From assembly GCA_001179505.1 (NCBI GenBank), contig CDMY01000264.1, positions 62,001 through 126,000 of the forward strand: a stretch of 64,000 bases of DNA, given 5' to 3'. Of this stretch, positions 62,201-64,000 are shown piece after piece. Each line of letters starts with the position of its first letter. The stretch's first letter is position 1. This stretch comes from Vitrella brassicaformis CCMP3155. Lineage: Eukaryota > Protista > Chromerida. Below the pieces are notes generated by a model. The model saw nothing but the letters and a program-made list of their open reading frames with translations, searched no databases and was not told the DNA's origin. The position numbers and the translations under genes were made by a program.

Positions 62201-64000
62201 ATGGGCGGCGACGAGAGAGAGCGGCCCAGACGAGGGCCCGTCCAGCGAAGATGCGCAGATTCGAACAGGTGTGTGCTCACAAAGATCAGAGATCACACGA
62301 CAGACTGTCTGTATCTATCTTGGGTGTATTGTGACGCTCTGGTGTGCTTGTCAGACATCACTCTTCGGCCATTCTCGCAACAGGGCGTCGATCAAGCAGC
62401 AGCCTGGCTTGCATAATTTTTGCCTGCTGCCTGCTGCCTCTTTCGGGCGCCTTTCGACCGCCTGGCCCGCTGCTGTCAACGGCGGCCGTCACTCGGTCAT
62501 CCCTTGCAACGAACAGGAGGCCAGCACATCGGTCGGCAGATGTTCATACACGGTGTACACATGAGGGGAGGGGTGGGGTGACACGGATGGCGGCAAAGCA
62601 GAGGGACGACAAGAAGATGACCAAAGAGGTGCGGTGCGCGGCTGTGAGTGTGCGAGCAGATCTACACACCTGTGTCTTGTCTTGTCTTGTGGCTTTGTTC
62701 AATGTAGGTGCTAAAAGATGTGGTTGAGCAGGACCGGCAGATGCTCGTGTCGTTGGTGATGAGCAACATGGACCGCGGCGTCTCAACACAGTGCGTGCCG
62801 ATATGGATGGACACTCTACATGCTCTGCACTGTTCACGTGTGCATGTGTGTGTGTGCGTGTTGTGGAATGCATACTGCAGGTCTGAGACGAGGAACGCTC
62901 AATTGCAGAACCTGGCGGTGCTGGGGCTCGTTATTGCCTATGTCGTGTGGCAGGTACCTCCTAAGCCACACACATGCATTGAAACGGACGTGTGCGCAGG
63001 ATTGGCGTGTAATTGTGTTGATGTGTTTCTCTCTCTGTGTGCACCTATGCAGTTTTCAACGGTCGACATGAACATATGGCGGGGCTGGTACGTGCACACA
63101 CACAGAGAGATAGAGCCTCGAGAGACCTTCATATCCTCCCTCCCGTGTGTGCCATCCATGTGCACAGGTCGATTGAGGAGAAGCTCTTTCGGCTGGTGCC
63201 CGCCAACTGGAACGCATACGAAGTACAAACGTATTGATTGCATAATTCGTGTGTCTGTGCATACCCGGGGGGTGGTGTACCTGTATGGCATGCATATTGG
63301 GATCATCTGTTGTGTGTGCACCACTCACAGGAGGCCCTTGCGCGCGAGCCCCTCTTTGTGAAGAGTGTCCTGACGGGCGCCACCTACTTCATCGGCGACT
63401 GGATCGCGCAGAGCGTCGAAAACAAGGTGGGTGCGTATGCATTATGTGTGCATGTGCGCGAGTGTCCATGTGTCCATGTGTGGATGTGCGTGATGTGCCT
63501 GTAGGGCAAGAATCGTGATCCGCTGTTGATTGACCGGTGGCGGCTGCTGAGGAACACAGTCCTGGGATTCGTCCTGCTGGGTGGGTACACACGTGTATGC
63601 GCACTTAAAGTGGTGCTCATATGTGTGTGTGTGTGTGTGTGTGCGTGTGCAGGTCCTATAGCGCATTACTACTACGATTGGAATGCGAGCTGGCCGTTCC
63701 CATGGTGCGTGCGTAGATACCTGGACGCCTGCGTGTGTCATGTGTGGCTGTGTGCGCACGTGTGTGTGTGTGTAGGTTCTTCAAGCTTTTCATCGATCAG
63801 ACGTCATATGTGCCCTTTCATAACACGGTGCGTGTGTGTGTGTGTGTGTGCACATATCACACATACATGTGTGTGTGCAGATCTACTTCATGTCACTAGA
63901 ATTGCTCGCTGGCAAAAGGTACGCCCGATGAACACGTACCTGCTCACCTGTCTGTCTGTCTGTCTATCTGTCTGCGCGTGTGTCCTTGTGCAGAATCGGC
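62201..64000 (+). CDS. Mpv17/PMP22 family membrane protein with plastid-type leader; truncated by the window end
   Basis: EALAREPLFVKSVLTGATYFIGDWIAQ, DRWRLLRNTVLGFVLL|GPIAHYYYDW, FFKLFIDQTSYVPFHNT|IYFMSL. Leader SLACIIFACCLLPLSGA-FRPPG. The start codon is tentative. Confidence 0.85.

Larger units (their letters stand above)
1381..63860. repeat. Dispersed intronic microsatellites (CA/TG, GATG/CATC, GACA/TGTC, GA/TC)
   Basis: Present in most introns, e.g. 3008-3037, 7264-7282, 36975-37240, 41456-41480. They generate the THTHT/CVCVC pseudo-ORFs in the track. Confidence 0.95.

Noticed and set aside
1-64000. CRISPR arrays, rRNA/tRNA genes, transposase or reverse-transcriptase ORFs
   Set aside because: No regularly spaced repeat-spacer array, no recognisable structural RNA and no DDE/RT/integrase motifs; the repeats seen are microsatellites or single short duplications.

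Overview
This is intron-rich eukaryotic genomic DNA with short GT-AG introns full of (CA)n/(TG)n/(GATG)n/(GACA)n microsatellites. That intron style, plus several bipartite signal+transit leaders, points to a chromerid alveolate, most likely Vitrella brassicaformis (inference; no database search was possible). Genes were assembled by hand across splice sites, so exon boundaries are approximate. In order: a degenerate ORF, cytochrome P450 (-), WDR70 (-), giant receptor A (+, 8.9-24.4 kb), two degenerate genes, plastid-type bestrophin (-), AADAT-like aminotransferase (+), a pseudogene, an EHBP1-like NT-C2 coiled-coil protein (-), oxidosqualene cyclase (-), 2OG-Fe(II) oxygenase (+), a 72-aa ORF, giant receptor B (-, 48.8-61.9 kb) and an Mpv17/PMP22 gene cut off by the window edge. 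The main discovery is the convergent pair of paralogous ~13-15 kb receptor genes. Each has a signal peptide, Ig-like repeats, EGF-Ca, a Myxococcus-type Cys repeat, a REJ-like region, a GPS autoproteolysis motif and a polycystin-1-like TM block, with no recognisable TRP channel domain. Copy B carries an in-frame TAG, and the two copies share a ~95% identical patch suggesting gene conversion. Other highlights: an AAGCTCGCA motif shared by short divergent promoters, an OSC with lanosterol-type Q/V but an unusual E at the third specificity site, and 5'-(CA)/3'-(TG) polarity within introns.
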